DNA of 64,000 nt from Clostridia bacterium (GCA_017483305.1 JAFULC010000061.1:200-64199); one strand, 5' to 3'; positions 1 through 9,835 are shown, counted from the stretch's first letter. Translations and numbers: made by a program. Notes: generated from the sequence alone by a model not told the origin.

Positions 1-519
1 CGAGGTCTCCTTGATGACCGTGATAAACTCGTTTCCGAGCGCGGGAAGAATGTTCTTGACCGCCTGAGGAAGAACGATCTGTATCATCGTGGTCGTGCCG
101 TTAAGTCCAAGGCTTCTTGCCGCCTCGGTCTGTCCCTTGTCGACCGCCTCGATTCCCGAGCGGATGATCTCGGACACGTACGCCGCGCTATTGAGTATAA
201 GGGTCATCGATATGCAGATGAGCTTCTTATTTTCAAGCTCGTTCATCGCGGGGATGATCACGGGGATAAGGAAGGTGCTTATATAAAGCTGAAGCAGCAT
301 AGGCGTGCCGCGGACAACCTCAACTATGGCGTTGACAATCCATTTGAGCGGCTTTATTTTGCTTATCTTGACCAACGCAAGCAGAGAGCCCAGGATCGTG
401 CCGAAAAACACGGTCATAAGCGAGAGAAGTATGGTTGCAGTCAAACCCTTGATCAAAAACAGATCCCAGTATTTGACAAAGATCTTGCCCATATCCTCGA
501 ACATTGTGATTAAATACAT
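1..519 (-). CDS. Polar amino-acid ABC transporter permease (HisM/GlnP type), runs off the window edge
   Basis: Manual minus-strand translation MYLITMFEDMGKIFVKYWDLFLIKGLTATILLS... ending ...EAARSLGLNGTTTMIQIVLPQAVKNILPALGNEFITVIKETS (EAA loop). GGAG RBS upstream. Follows the substrate-binding gene. Confidence 0.9.
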   Translation of the reverse strand, partial: MYLITMFEDMGKIFVKYWDLFLIKGLTATILLSLMTVFFGTILGSLLALVKISKIKPLKWIVNAIVEVVRGTPMLLQLYISTFLIPVIIPAMNELENKKLICISMTLILNSAAYVSEIIRSGIEAVDKGQTEAARSLGLNGTTTMIQIVLPQAVKNILPALGNEFITVIKETS

Positions 520-618
520 CTTTTACTCCATTAATAAGTTTATTGAGTTGATTTCGCCGTTTCGCAAAATTCGAGCTGCCGTACCGAAACACAGCACGGC
601 AGCTCTATTTTAAGTAAA

Positions 619-1533
619 TTACTCGGTGATCTTGTTGCCCTCGTCATCGTAGCCGAGCTCGTCAAGGGTCTTGACCTCAGCGTAGATCTGGCAAGCCTCG
701 TACCAGGTGTCGTAAAGGTCTGCTGCCATTGCCTTTGCAAGTGCCGCGTTGACCTTTTCGAGAAGCTCTGCGTCATCCTTGTTGAGAAGGATTACGTTGT
801 TCTTGTACTTCTCTTCTACCTCGAAGTAGTAGTCGGAAAGAACGATGGTATCGTTTGCAAGCGCCTCGCCGTTACCGTATGCAACTGCAAGAGCGTCGAT
901 ATCGCCGGTGGAGAGTGCTACTGCCGCGTCGTTGATGTTAGCGAAGAGCTCGAGAGTTGCGCCCAGGGGTACGAGCTGCTCCTCAACGAGAAGCTGCTGG
1001 AGAGAGCCGCCCTGCGCACCGATCTTGAGACCTGTGAAATCGGTCTTGCCCTCGGTGAACTGATCTGCCTTTGCCTTGGTGGTGATGAGGATCTGCTCGG
1101 TCTCGTTCTCACCTGCTACGTAATAGTCGGAAATGAGGAAGGTTTCAGCGCGCTCTGCGGTCCAGGAGAAGCCCGAGATCGCGAGGTCTGCGTTGCCCGA
1201 AGCAACTGCTGCCATGCAAGCGTCGAAGGACATGGGGTCGAGCTTAAGCTTCATTCCGAGCTCCTTAGCAACGAAGGTAGCGAGAATAACGTCGAAGCCA
1301 ACTATCGCATCGTCGCCGGACTTTGCGGTGTCGTAGAATTCCATGGGAGCGAAGTCGGGGGAGATCGCAACCACGAGGGTGTCGGTGTATTCGGATGCAT
1401 CGTAGTCGATAGCCTCGATTGCCTTATCGTAGGCTGCGGATAAGCTATCCTCTCCCTTGTCGCAGGATGCGAAGATTGCGATGCTGCTGAGTGCCATAAG
1501 TACTACAAGTGCGAGTGCGATAATTTTTTTCAT
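619..1533 (-). CDS. Amino-acid ABC transporter substrate-binding lipoprotein (SBP_bac_3)
   Basis: Signal peptide with lipobox FASC. Motifs SPDFAPMEF, GFDV, AISGFSWTAER. Start placed at MKKII after a GAGG RBS. Confidence 0.92.
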   Translation of the reverse strand: MKKIIALALVVLMALSSIAIFASCDKGEDSLSAAYDKAIEAIDYDASEYTDTLVVAISPDFAPMEFYDTAKSGDDAIVGFDVILATFVAKELGMKLKLDPMSFDACMAAVASGNADLAISGFSWTAERAETFLISDYYVAGENETEQILITTKAKADQFTEGKTDFTGLKIGAQGGSLQQLLVEEQLVPLGATLELFANINDAAVALSTGDIDALAVAYGNGEALANDTIVLSDYYFEVEEKYKNNVILLNKDDAELLEKVNAALAKAMAADLYDTWYEACQIYAEVKTLDELGYDDEGNKITE

Positions 1534-1605
1534 GATTTTGTCCTCTTTTCTGTGTGGTGTGTTTTTATTCGCGTTTTCGAATACCGTAACGCTGATTACT
1601 GTATC

Positions 1606-1634
1606 ATTATACACCCGACAAATGCGTTTGTCAA
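1606..1634 (-). promoter_or_regulatory. Sigma-A promoter of the ABC transporter operon
   Basis: TTGACA-17 bp-TATAAT on the minus strand. Confidence 0.8.
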
Positions 1635-1700
1635 CCCCTATTTTTCACTTTCTACGAATTATATCCTTTTGTGCAAAAGGGTTTTCGCGTTTTTGTGCAT

Positions 1701-1761
1701 CTTTTATAAATTTGCATAAATAATCGTATTTTTATGCAAATATTCTGCATATTTTTTCATT
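1701..1761. promoter_or_regulatory. Tandem ARG-box-like (ArgR/AhrC) operators
   Basis: Cores CGTATTTTTATGCA (1725-1738) and TGCATATTTTTTCA (1746-1759) are 7 bp apart, as in tandem ARG boxes. A third weaker core lies at 1703-1716. Confidence 0.55.
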
Positions 1762-1839
1762 TTCAGAATAAAAGACCGCTTATTTTGCTCGACGGCGGGA
1801 CATATAATAATTATTTTCGAAAATTTTTTCAAAAAACTA

Positions 1840-1868
1840 TTGACAGATCGAAAAAAAGGTGTTATAAT
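1840..1868 (+). promoter_or_regulatory. Sigma-A promoter of ylxM-ffh
   Basis: TTGACA-17 bp-TATAAT. Confidence 0.8.
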
Positions 1869-1926
1869 CTGTAAAGCGTTTTGCTTTACACCCGTGAAAA
1901 CGGAAAAATTCGGTTGGAGGCGCGAA

Positions 1927-2259
1927 ATGTTTGAGAAAGATCTGAACGTCGGATTTCTGCTTGACTTTTACGGCGATGTGCTGACCGAAAGGCGCAGAGA
2001 TGCACTTGACTTCTATTATAATAACGATATGTCGCTTTCAGAGATCGCCGAGGAAATGGGCATTTCCCGTCAGGGCGTGCGCGACCTTATCAAGAAAGCC
2101 GAGGAGGAGCTTCTCTTCTACGAGGAAAAGCTTGGCTTGGCAAGGAAGTTCAAAAGCGCACAGCATCACGCGGAGCGCGCTCTTGCAATGTGTGAGGAGG
2201 GCGCAGATCCCCAAACGATCGAGGATGAGATCCGTCTTTTGCTCGAAAGCGTGGGATAA
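1927..2259 (+). CDS. ylxM: YlxM-family (UPF0122) DNA-binding/SRP-associated protein
   Basis: LLDFYGDVLTERRRDALDFYYNNDMSLSEIAEEMGISRQGVRD. Directly upstream of ffh. Confidence 0.92.
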   Translation: MFEKDLNVGFLLDFYGDVLTERRRDALDFYYNNDMSLSEIAEEMGISRQGVRDLIKKAEEELLFYEEKLGLARKFKSAQHHAERALAMCEEGADPQTIEDEIRLLLESVG

Positions 2260-2315
2260 CGGGCGTGCGGCACGCCGCACCGCTCAACGTTTATATTTAA
2301 GGAGGTATTTGTGAC

Positions 2316-3665
2316 GTGAGTATGTTTTCAAATCTCAGCGAAAAGCTGGAAAATGCCTTCAAAAAATTCAAAAACAAGGGTAAGCTTACCGAGGCCGATA
2401 TAAAAGCGGGTATGAGAGAGATCAAGCTCGCTCTGCTTGAGGCCGACGTTAACTTCAAGGTCGTTCGCGACTTTATAAAAACAGTTTCCGAGCGTGCGGT
2501 CGGCACAGACGTGCTCGAATCGCTCAATCCCGGACAGCAGGTCATCAAGATAGTAAATGAGGAGCTCGCCGCTCTTATGGGCTCGACTCACTCAAAGCTT
2601 ACGGTCTCGTCCAAGCCGCCTACGGTCATTATGATGGTCGGTCTTCAGGGTGCAGGTAAAACCACGCACGCAGGCAAGCTTGCAGGTATGCTCAAAAAGC
2701 AGGGCAAGAATCCCCTGCTCGTAGCCTGCGATATCTACCGCCCTGCCGCTATCAAGCAGCTTCAGGTGGTCGGTGAAAAGCTCGGTATTCCCGTTTTTGA
2801 AATGGGCGATAAGACAGATCCCGTCAAAATCGCTACCGAAGGAATTAAATTGGCTAATCAGAAGGGCTATGACACGGTGTTTATCGATACCGCGGGTCGA
2901 CTCCAGATCGACGAAGTCCTGATGAAAGAGCTTCAGGATATCAAGGCAGCGGTACAGCCTACCGAGATACTCCTTACTATCGACGCGATGATCGGTCAGG
3001 AATCGGTCAACGTGGCGGAAACCTTTAACGATCTGCTCGACATCACGGGCGTTATCCTCACCAAGCTTGACGGTGATACCCGAGGCGGTGCGGCGCTTTC
3101 AGTCCGTTACATCACGGGCAAGCCGATAAAGTTCATCGGTGTCGGAGAAAAGCTTGACCAGATCGAGCCCTTCCACCCCGACAGAATGGCAAGAAGAATT
3201 CTCGGAATGGGCGACGTGCTTACGCTTATCGACAAGGCGCAGGCGCAGTTCGACGAGAAAAAGGCGGCAGAGATGGAGGAAAGACTCCGTCAGTCGATCT
3301 TCACTCTCGACGATTATCTCGTTCAGATGCAGCAGCTCAAGAATATGGGCGGTCTCGATCAGCTCGCGGGTATGATCCCCGGAATGAAGCCCGGCGCGCT
3401 CAAGGACGCGAAGGTAGACGAAAAGATGCTCGTGCATCAGGAGGCTATCATCAAGTCGATGACCAAAAAGGAGCGTGAGCGCCCCGAAATGCTGAACGCC
3501 TCGCGCAAGCAGAGAGTTGCCAAGGGCAGCGGAACGAGCGTTGAGGAGGTCAACAAGCTTCTTAAGCAGTACGATCAGATCAAAAAGATGATGAAGCAGT
3601 TCCAGGATATGGGCAAGACCAAGCAGGGACGCAGACAGATGGGAAAAATGAAGCTTCCCTTCTGA
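2316..3665 (+). CDS. ffh: Signal recognition particle protein Ffh
   Basis: ALLEADV, GLQGAGKTT, DTAGR and TKLDGDTRGG motifs. Met-rich M domain. Confidence 0.98.
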   Translation: MSMFSNLSEKLENAFKKFKNKGKLTEADIKAGMREIKLALLEADVNFKVVRDFIKTVSERAVGTDVLESLNPGQQVIKIVNEELAALMGSTHSKLTVSSKPPTVIMMVGLQGAGKTTHAGKLAGMLKKQGKNPLLVACDIYRPAAIKQLQVVGEKLGIPVFEMGDKTDPVKIATEGIKLANQKGYDTVFIDTAGRLQIDEVLMKELQDIKAAVQPTEILLTIDAMIGQESVNVAETFNDLLDITGVILTKLDGDTRGGAALSVRYITGKPIKFIGVGEKLDQIEPFHPDRMARRILGMGDVLTLIDKAQAQFDEKKAAEMEERLRQSIFTLDDYLVQMQQLKNMGGLDQLAGMIPGMKPGALKDAKVDEKMLVHQEAIIKSMTKKERERPEMLNASRKQRVAKGSGTSVEEVNKLLKQYDQIKKMMKQFQDMGKTKQGRRQMGKMKLPF

Positions 3666-3776
3666 CCAACTTCGCCCAAAATGAATTGCACCGAGGTGCA
3701 TTAAAGTGTTTTTAAAGCCGAAGGGCTTAAAATAGAAAATAAAAAATTATTATATCAAATTTTGGAGGACAAAAAA

Positions 3777-4019
3777 ATGGTAAAAATGAGACTCAGAAGA
3801 ATGGGCGCAAAGAAGGCTCCCTTCTACCGTGTAGTTGTTGCTGACAGCCGTTACCCCAGAGACGGTCGTTTCATCGAGGAGATCGGTTACTACAACCCCG
3901 GCACCAATCCCGCAGAGGTTCAGATCGACGCTGAGAAGGCTAAGGCTTGGCTTGGAAAGGGCGCACAGCCTACCGAAACCGTAAAGTCTCTTCTCAAGAA
4001 GTCCGGTATCGTTGACTGA
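3777..4019 (+). CDS. rpsP: 30S ribosomal protein S16
   Basis: [41 protein letters not shown]. Confidence 0.98.
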   Translation: MVKMRLRRMGAKKAPFYRVVVADSRYPRDGRFIEEIGYYNPGTNPAEVQIDAEKAKAWLGKGAQPTETVKSLLKKSGIVD

Positions 4020-4069
4020 TTCTTATACAAGAGCAGTACACAGTATCTGATTTAAGATTGGAGAATTTC

Positions 4070-4306
4070 ATGGTAGATCTCAAGGAAACACTGCGTAATA
4101 TCGCAGTCGCTATCGTTGATAACCCCGACGAGGTTGTGGTAGTTTGCAACGAGACCGAGCACAGTATCACTCTTACTTTGAGCGTTGCCCCCGACGATAT
4201 GGGAATGGTCATAGGCAAGGGCGGACGTATCGCAAAGGCGATCCGTATGGTAATAAAGGCCGCTGCCGCAGGCTGCAACAAAAAGGTAACAGTTGATATC
4301 AGATGA
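4070..4306 (+). CDS. khpA: KH-domain RNA-binding protein KhpA (YlqC)
   Basis: DMGMVIGKGGRIAKAIR motif. Follows rpsP. Confidence 0.93.
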   Translation: MVDLKETLRNIAVAIVDNPDEVVVVCNETEHSITLTLSVAPDDMGMVIGKGGRIAKAIRMVIKAAAAGCNKKVTVDIR

Positions 4307-4310
4307 TTAG

Positions 4311-4386
4311 AGAAAAGCACCGAGCAATTCGGTGCTTTTCCTTTATATTCAAAAAAGCGTTGTGCCGCAAAGCACAACGCTTTTTC
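4311..4386. terminator. Two back-to-back intrinsic terminator hairpins between convergent genes
   Basis: GAAAAGCACCGA-GCAAT-TCGGTGCTTTTC and AAAAAGCGTTGTGC-CGCAAA-GCACAACGCTTTTT. Confidence 0.8.
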
Positions 4387-5463
4387 TTATGCTTTTTTGA
4401 GCTCAAACACGCGCAAAAGAATAGTAATCATCATATCGCGCTTTTCCTTGTCGAGTCCGCCGTAGCTCTTTATGATCGCGGTGATCTTGGGCAAGCCGCC
4501 GCGCATAAGCTCGGTCAGAGTTCTCGCGCCCGACGAATCAATAACGTCAAACAGGGTCTCAACGACCTCGCGCTTTTCGTCGAGAGTCATCTTCTCCATT
4601 CGCTTGCGGAACTGCTCCTCGTTCTTCTGTCCCGTCTTTGAAAGCTCCTTGAGCTTGACGAACCGAGGTCCGTCGAGTGTCCAGGAGTACGGATCGTGCT
4701 GCAAAAGACCCGTGTTCGTGCTTTTTACGACCGTGCACTTCTCTACTCTTTCAAACATCGTGCCAAACACCGAAGATTGAGGCATTATCACCTTCAACCG
4801 CTCTCTCACCTTCTCGTAGTCCTCGGACTCGATAAGCGAGTGAGAAAATCCCGGCCCGTCCAGCGAATACGCGCGCAAAATTCTTTCCTTAACGCTATCC
4901 GAGCACTTGATCGCCGAATAGATCGCGAGATTTCCGCCCTTTGAGTGCCCCACCGTGTATATTTTTTCGTCGGGGTATTTCGCGGCAACTCTCTCGAGGT
5001 ATTCCACCGCCATTCTCTGCGCAGGGATCTCGTCAAGGAATGCAAGCCTGCAATCCTCGTGCCAACCCGCGATAGAATCGTCGGTTCCTCTGAATACGAC
5101 GATCATTCGGTTGCAATCGATGTGGTAGGTCACCGCACCGAACTGATAGCCCTCCTCGTGACTCGTCTGAGCCTCGAAATCGGTTATAAGCGCACCGCCG
5201 TAGCGTCTCGTTCTCGCCGCCTCGCAGAATGTCCTGTTGATCTGCTTCGACGGGAAAATAATACCGAAGCTGACCTTTTCATACTTGCCGTCGGCACAGT
5301 AGTCCTTCGCCGCCTCACTCAGCGTACAGGGCTCGCCGTGACAGAGCTTTTCGTAGTCAACGTAAGCCATCATAGATAGCACCGCGCTGTCGACCTCGCC
5401 GAACTTCGATTCGATAAACGAAAGGTCTCCGCGCCATTTCAAATAGTCAAATATAGTAGCCAT
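4387..5463 (-). CDS. DUF2974/Mbeg1-like alpha/beta hydrolase (lipase-like)
   Basis: DYLKWRGDLSF, FRGTDD, nucleophile elbow GHSKGG, DGPGF, QHDPYSW. Confidence 0.88.
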   Translation of the reverse strand: MATIFDYLKWRGDLSFIESKFGEVDSAVLSMMAYVDYEKLCHGEPCTLSEAAKDYCADGKYEKVSFGIIFPSKQINRTFCEAARTRRYGGALITDFEAQTSHEEGYQFGAVTYHIDCNRMIVVFRGTDDSIAGWHEDCRLAFLDEIPAQRMAVEYLERVAAKYPDEKIYTVGHSKGGNLAIYSAIKCSDSVKERILRAYSLDGPGFSHSLIESEDYEKVRERLKVIMPQSSVFGTMFERVEKCTVVKSTNTGLLQHDPYSWTLDGPRFVKLKELSKTGQKNEEQFRKRMEKMTLDEKREVVETLFDVIDSSGARTLTELMRGGLPKITAIIKSYGGLDKEKRDMMITILLRVFELKKA

Positions 5464-5529
5464 ACTCTGCCCTCCTTGCTTTATTCGGTTACATTATATC
5501 ACTACATTATTAAGCAAGCTTTAACTTAA

Positions 5530-7200
5530 TTATTCCTTTATTTCGGTCACCGATCCGATCAGTCTGATATTATCGACGTCGGTTGCCGAATACTCGATAT
5601 GAAGCTTGTCGCCGATCTCGAAGAATATCATCTGCTCGAGGTCGCGAAGCATTCCCTTGTAGTAAACCCCGCTCTCATCAACGAAATAAATGACCGTATT
5701 GCCGTCCACGGTATAGGTCTTGATGTCCGTGACCGTGATATCTGCCGCAAGCAGCTGATTTTCGGGAAGCTTGTCGCCGTCAATGAGCTCATTCTCGACC
5801 AAAAGCTCCTTATAAGCCTTCATCAGATCGATCTGATTGGGCGCGGTGGCAACCACGCTGGGATGCTCGACGTTAACGAGCGCGTAAAGTCTTACGTAGC
5901 CGCTCGCATCCTTGAGCACCATAATATAGGTTGCCTGACCCGACACGTTGACGAGCGACGGGAAGGATGCCTTATATCCCTTCTCCTGAACTATGCCCTC
6001 CGCAGCATGCATAGCGCCGTATTCCTCCGCGCCAACGACGGGATAATACTTGTATTCGCCGGTTCTTGCGTTACTGATGATAAATCCGATGTTGGATTCG
6101 TCGCTTGTGACCGAGGTAACGCCCGTGAAGTACCACACGTCGTCGCCGATAACGATGTATCCGTAGTTGTCGGTGGTCTGCTTGCAGTCCTTGTTGCCGA
6201 TGATGCTATTGATGAAACCGCCCTTGAGAGTACCGAACCAGTTGTACTTCTGCTCGGCAAGGTCACCCGAATAAACGGCATCCACCCAAGCAGGCACGTC
6301 CTCGACCGCATAAAGCGTGCTTTCGCCCGTGCAGGGATCGAAAATGACCGCCTCGCAGACGTCCATAGCGCCAAACGGGAAGATCTTGGGCTTCAGGCAG
6401 GTGATTATGTAGTAGGGATTACCCTCGTCGTCGACCTCAAAGCTGATAAAATCGTCGAATATCTTTGTGGGATAGTCGAAACGGAGCTTTCTCATAAGAT
6501 CGTCGCCGAAAAACGCGCTCTGAACGTACTTGAGCGGCTTTTTGAGCTCCATATACTCGGCGCTGTTGTTCACGGGGTCGACCATAACGTATCCGGGAAC
6601 GCCCTTGTCCATATTGGCAAACCACTTGAAGAAATCGGCGTGCTCGAGGTTTGCGACCTTCTTGGGCGTGTACTTATAGTTGATCTGCGTGTAGTTGTCC
6701 GAGACCACGTACTGCGAGACCATGTGTGACACCTTACCCAAGGTCTTATTACCGAGGTAACGCGCCGAATCGCTGTCCATAAGCGCTATATTGGTGACCT
6801 CGTCCGACTCCTTCATGTCATCGGCAAACACCGCCTCCTCGACCTCGATCACACTCGCGTATTTTCTCGCGTTGAATACCTCGGAGGAGATTACGCTTCC
6901 GAGAATGAGAACGATAATAGGCGCGACTGTGATAAGCAGGGTGAGCTTATTGAGTCTGCGGCCGTTGAATTCAAATCTTGAATTTTGACGAATTTTTTTC
7001 GGATGGCTGTCCTCAGCCGACTTAAAAAGGAAGGGATAGGAAAAGGACAGTATCACAAACATAAGATACGACCAAAATTCAGGTGCCATCGGGTTTATCG
7101 GGGGCAACGCGATATAAAACGAGATCGCGGTGAACAATATTCCCGATACGACCGACAGAATTATTTTACCCTTTTTTGACATTGAACCAAGCTTTTTCAT
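5530..7200 (-). CDS. Conserved membrane-anchored hypothetical protein (3 N-terminal TM segments, large soluble domain)
   Basis: 556-aa ORF with GGAGG RBS and its own promoter (TTGACA 7267-7272, TATAAT 7244-7249, minus strand). Confidence 0.8.
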   Translation of the reverse strand: MKKLGSMSKKGKIILSVVSGILFTAISFYIALPPINPMAPEFWSYLMFVILSFSYPFLFKSAEDSHPKKIRQNSRFEFNGRRLNKLTLLITVAPIIVLILGSVISSEVFNARKYASVIEVEEAVFADDMKESDEVTNIALMDSDSARYLGNKTLGKVSHMVSQYVVSDNYTQINYKYTPKKVANLEHADFFKWFANMDKGVPGYVMVDPVNNSAEYMELKKPLKYVQSAFFGDDLMRKLRFDYPTKIFDDFISFEVDDEGNPYYIITCLKPKIFPFGAMDVCEAVIFDPCTGESTLYAVEDVPAWVDAVYSGDLAEQKYNWFGTLKGGFINSIIGNKDCKQTTDNYGYIVIGDDVWYFTGVTSVTSDESNIGFIISNARTGEYKYYPVVGAEEYGAMHAAEGIVQEKGYKASFPSLVNVSGQATYIMVLKDASGYVRLYALVNVEHPSVVATAPNQIDLMKAYKELLVENELIDGDKLPENQLLAADITVTDIKTYTVDGNTVIYFVDESGVYYKGMLRDLEQMIFFEIGDKLHIEYSATDVDNIRLIGSVTEIKE

Positions 7201-7278
7201 AAAAACCTCCTCGTTATGAATAAAACGATTCTTTTACAAGTAAATTATACCACTTCGCCGCCGAGATGTCAATAACTT

Positions 7279-7320
7279 AAGCCGCAAAAGCATCGGTTTT
7301 CCGATTGCTCTGCGGCTTTT
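7279..7320 (-). terminator. Hairpin closing the capsid operon
   Basis: AAGCCGCA-AAAGCATCGG-TTTT-CCGATTGCTC-TGCGGCTT imperfect stem-loop directly after the last phage-like gene. The U-tract is weak. Confidence 0.55.
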
Positions 7321-7328
7321 ATCTATAC

Positions 7329-7697
7329 TCAATTCGCTTCGGTGAAGCGCTTTTGCTCTCTTTCGATGAACTCGGCGGTCTTCATATCCTGAATCTCGGA
7401 CGCGTCGAGCACGAGCGCGAATTTGCGCTTGATCTTTACCCACTCGCCGCGCTTGATGATGCAGTTCTGACCGTTCACAGCGACGTAGACGTCATCTCTG
7501 TATCGGTCGTTGTCCTTGAAAAGCTTGACCGAAATGTATTCGTTGAGATATCTCTCATATTCCTTCGCCGCTTCCCTTGCGCGCTCGTCCGCGCTCCGCT
7601 TCTCGCCGCGAAGACGGGCGTTCTCCGCCTCCTTTTCGGCGAGCTTGAGCTCGTATTCCTCCTTGAGCGCAGCTATTGCCTCGTTGAATTTTGTCAT
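7329..7697 (-). CDS. Phage-like protein of the type that follows N4-gp56 capsid genes
   Basis: Coiled-coil N-terminus, then KLFKDNDRYRDDVYVAVNGQNCIIKRGEWVKI, a motif I recognise from clostridial phage post-capsid genes. Confidence 0.7.
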   Translation of the reverse strand: MTKFNEAIAALKEEYELKLAEKEAENARLRGEKRSADERAREAAKEYERYLNEYISVKLFKDNDRYRDDVYVAVNGQNCIIKRGEWVKIKRKFALVLDASEIQDMKTAEFIEREQKRFTEAN

Positions 7698-7778
7698 ATC
7701 AATGATCCTTTCTTGCAAAAAATTGTCGGGAGGAGCGAGCCCTCCGAGGAGTGCTCGCCCCAAAATCAGATCCTATGA

Positions 7779-9065
7779 TCAGACCGAAGCCGCGGTCTCG
7801 ATACGGATCATAAACGCCTCGACAAGACGGACGGTGACCTTGGTCGCCTTCCAGCCCACAGTTGCTCTCTGATTGAGAGGGTCGGAGCTGCCCGCACTGC
7901 CAAGCTGCTTGACGATATGCTCGAGTCCGCCGTCCGCAAGAGTGGTGGTGCCGTAAGCGTTCTCGCCAAATACGAGGGTCGCGTAAACGTCAACGCCGTT
8001 AGCACCCGCCTCACCGGGATAGATGATCGCATTTGCCGCGCAGGTCACGGAGGCGGCGGTCGCCTTGGTGCTGTCGGTGCAAAGCGTCATTGCGGAGGAG
8101 GTGTTTGCGGAAACGTAGTACTTCTTGCCCTCGATGAGCACTTCTCTGCCCACGAGCGCGCCATCAGCAACGCTCGCGTCGGTCTTGAAGCTGACCGTAG
8201 CCGAGCCGTTAGCCGCCGCGCTTACGGTGAGCGTTCTTGCGCCCTCGGCAAGATCCTCAGCGTGGAAGATCTTTGCCTCGGTGCTCTCGATGAAGCGAAC
8301 TCCCTCGATGCGACCGATCTCGCCCTCAAAGATAGCCGAGGGGTCGGCATACTGGTGGGGATACTTCCAGTTGGGATCGCTCATAAGGTCGTAGGCGCAG
8401 TCGGGGTGAATGATCGCAACGTAAGCGCCATCGATCTTCTCGGCGTTCTGATTCTTGAGGAATCTGACCGCCTTGCGAACCGCGTCAACGGTGAGGTAGT
8501 GGTTGTCCTCGGCGTTAGCGCTGCCGCCGACAAGCTGGCTACGGGAGCTGACGTCTCCCTCGGCATACTGCACGTTAGTACCGCCGACAAGCACCTCACG
8601 GGAGATGGTGTCGAGGGTTCTGCCTGCCTGAGAGCCGAGAAGCTTGGTCGCCATGCAGAGATTGTTGTCAATGGCGGTCATAAGAAGCAGGTCGGTGAGC
8701 TCAACGTAGCCGCCGTACTGTGCAACGGTCGCGTTGACGATACCCATATTGATGGTCTGTCCCGTGGGGGTGATTCCCTCGGCGATAGGATCCGTCAGCT
8801 TGGGCAGCGGATCGTATTTGCGGAACTGAACCGACTTTCCGTTGCCTGCGGGGATCGCATGCTTCTGCGCGAAGCGATCGTGAACGAGAGCAGGCTCGGC
8901 GTTGTCGATAAGATAGTCCGAATAGTAGGTTTTCATCTCGGGAGAAAGTCCCTCTCCCTCGGCGTATGCGGTGACCTCACCGCTCTTTGCGTTGATCTCG
9001 CCCTCGGTGCCAAGCACCTTGTCGCCTGCTCCGAAAAGCTGAAGATCTGCGTTGAAAATAGTCAT
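7779..9065 (-). CDS. Major capsid protein, N4-gp56 family
   Basis: LSPEMKTYY, AEPALVHDRFAQK, QYGGY, TAIDNNL, IHPDCAYDL, GEIGRIEGVRFIES, DPLNQRATVGWKA. Confidence 0.92.
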   Translation of the reverse strand: MTIFNADLQLFGAGDKVLGTEGEINAKSGEVTAYAEGEGLSPEMKTYYSDYLIDNAEPALVHDRFAQKHAIPAGNGKSVQFRKYDPLPKLTDPIAEGITPTGQTINMGIVNATVAQYGGYVELTDLLLMTAIDNNLCMATKLLGSQAGRTLDTISREVLVGGTNVQYAEGDVSSRSQLVGGSANAEDNHYLTVDAVRKAVRFLKNQNAEKIDGAYVAIIHPDCAYDLMSDPNWKYPHQYADPSAIFEGEIGRIEGVRFIESTEAKIFHAEDLAEGARTLTVSAAANGSATVSFKTDASVADGALVGREVLIEGKKYYVSANTSSAMTLCTDSTKATAASVTCAANAIIYPGEAGANGVDVYATLVFGENAYGTTTLADGGLEHIVKQLGSAGSSDPLNQRATVGWKATKVTVRLVEAFMIRIETAASV

Positions 9066-9110
9066 ATTTTTATTCCTTTCTGTTGTTGAATGTTTAATGA
9101 TCCGATCGGC

Positions 9111-9797
9111 TTAAAGCTTGATCTTCTCTCCCCCTGCCGCGCGCTTGGCAAGCCTTGCACGCTCGGCTCGGGTAAGCTTTGAGACGTCGAAGGGGCTTGC
9201 GGCGGTGCGGTGAGCAAGTCCGTTTTCGTTCGGCCTCGCTCTTTTGCTTCTGATCTCGCCAAGCACTCTTTCCTCGGTCTCTCTCGCCACGTCCTCGGCG
9301 GTCCGTTCGACTATTTCGTCGAAATGTGAGAGCTTATAGGCATCGGCAAGTCCGAACCTGCCGTCCTCGAGCAGAGCCGTCGCAATTTCGATAAATTTTT
9401 CGGAATTTAAGGCAAGCTCCTCGGAAAAACCGCAAAACTCCTTTTTCAGCGCCTCGGAGGACTCACGGATCATTGCCACAAGCTCGTCGCGCGTTAATTT
9501 TTTCGACTTCTCGGCAATCTCTGCGCGTCCCTCCTCCATCGACTGACGAAGCTTCTCCTCCTGCTCCTTGAATTTACGGAAACGGCGGTTTATCATCCTC
9601 TGCGTGTCCTCGGTGTAAAACTCCTTGAACCGCGATCTGATAAGTCTGTCGTATTCGGCGCGCTCGGCGCGTCTTGTCTCCTCGGCGGATAAGATCTCGC
9701 CGTCAGAAAAAAGCCGACTCTCCTCTGCGCTCTCGTCCTCGGGTAACGCCCCGATAGCGTCTTCGTCCACGAAGATATCCGTTTTGTTTTCTTCCAT
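9111..9797 (-). CDS. Putative capsid scaffolding protein
   Basis: Acidic, helical 228-aa protein between Prp and the capsid gene. C-terminus RPNENG...DVSKLTRAERARLAKRAAGGEKIKL resembles such scaffolds. Confidence 0.7.
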   Translation of the reverse strand: MEENKTDIFVDEDAIGALPEDESAEESRLFSDGEILSAEETRRAERAEYDRLIRSRFKEFYTEDTQRMINRRFRKFKEQEEKLRQSMEEGRAEIAEKSKKLTRDELVAMIRESSEALKKEFCGFSEELALNSEKFIEIATALLEDGRFGLADAYKLSHFDEIVERTAEDVARETEERVLGEIRSKRARPNENGLAHRTAASPFDVSKLTRAERARLAKRAAGGEKIKL

Positions 9798-9835
9798 AAG
9801 TAAAAACGTAATCCTTTCCCACCGTTATCGGTGAT

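Noticed and set aside
7779-9065. Encapsulin nanocompartment
   Set aside because: The capsid gene is accompanied by portal and both terminase subunits, which indicates DNA packaging rather than enzyme cargo.
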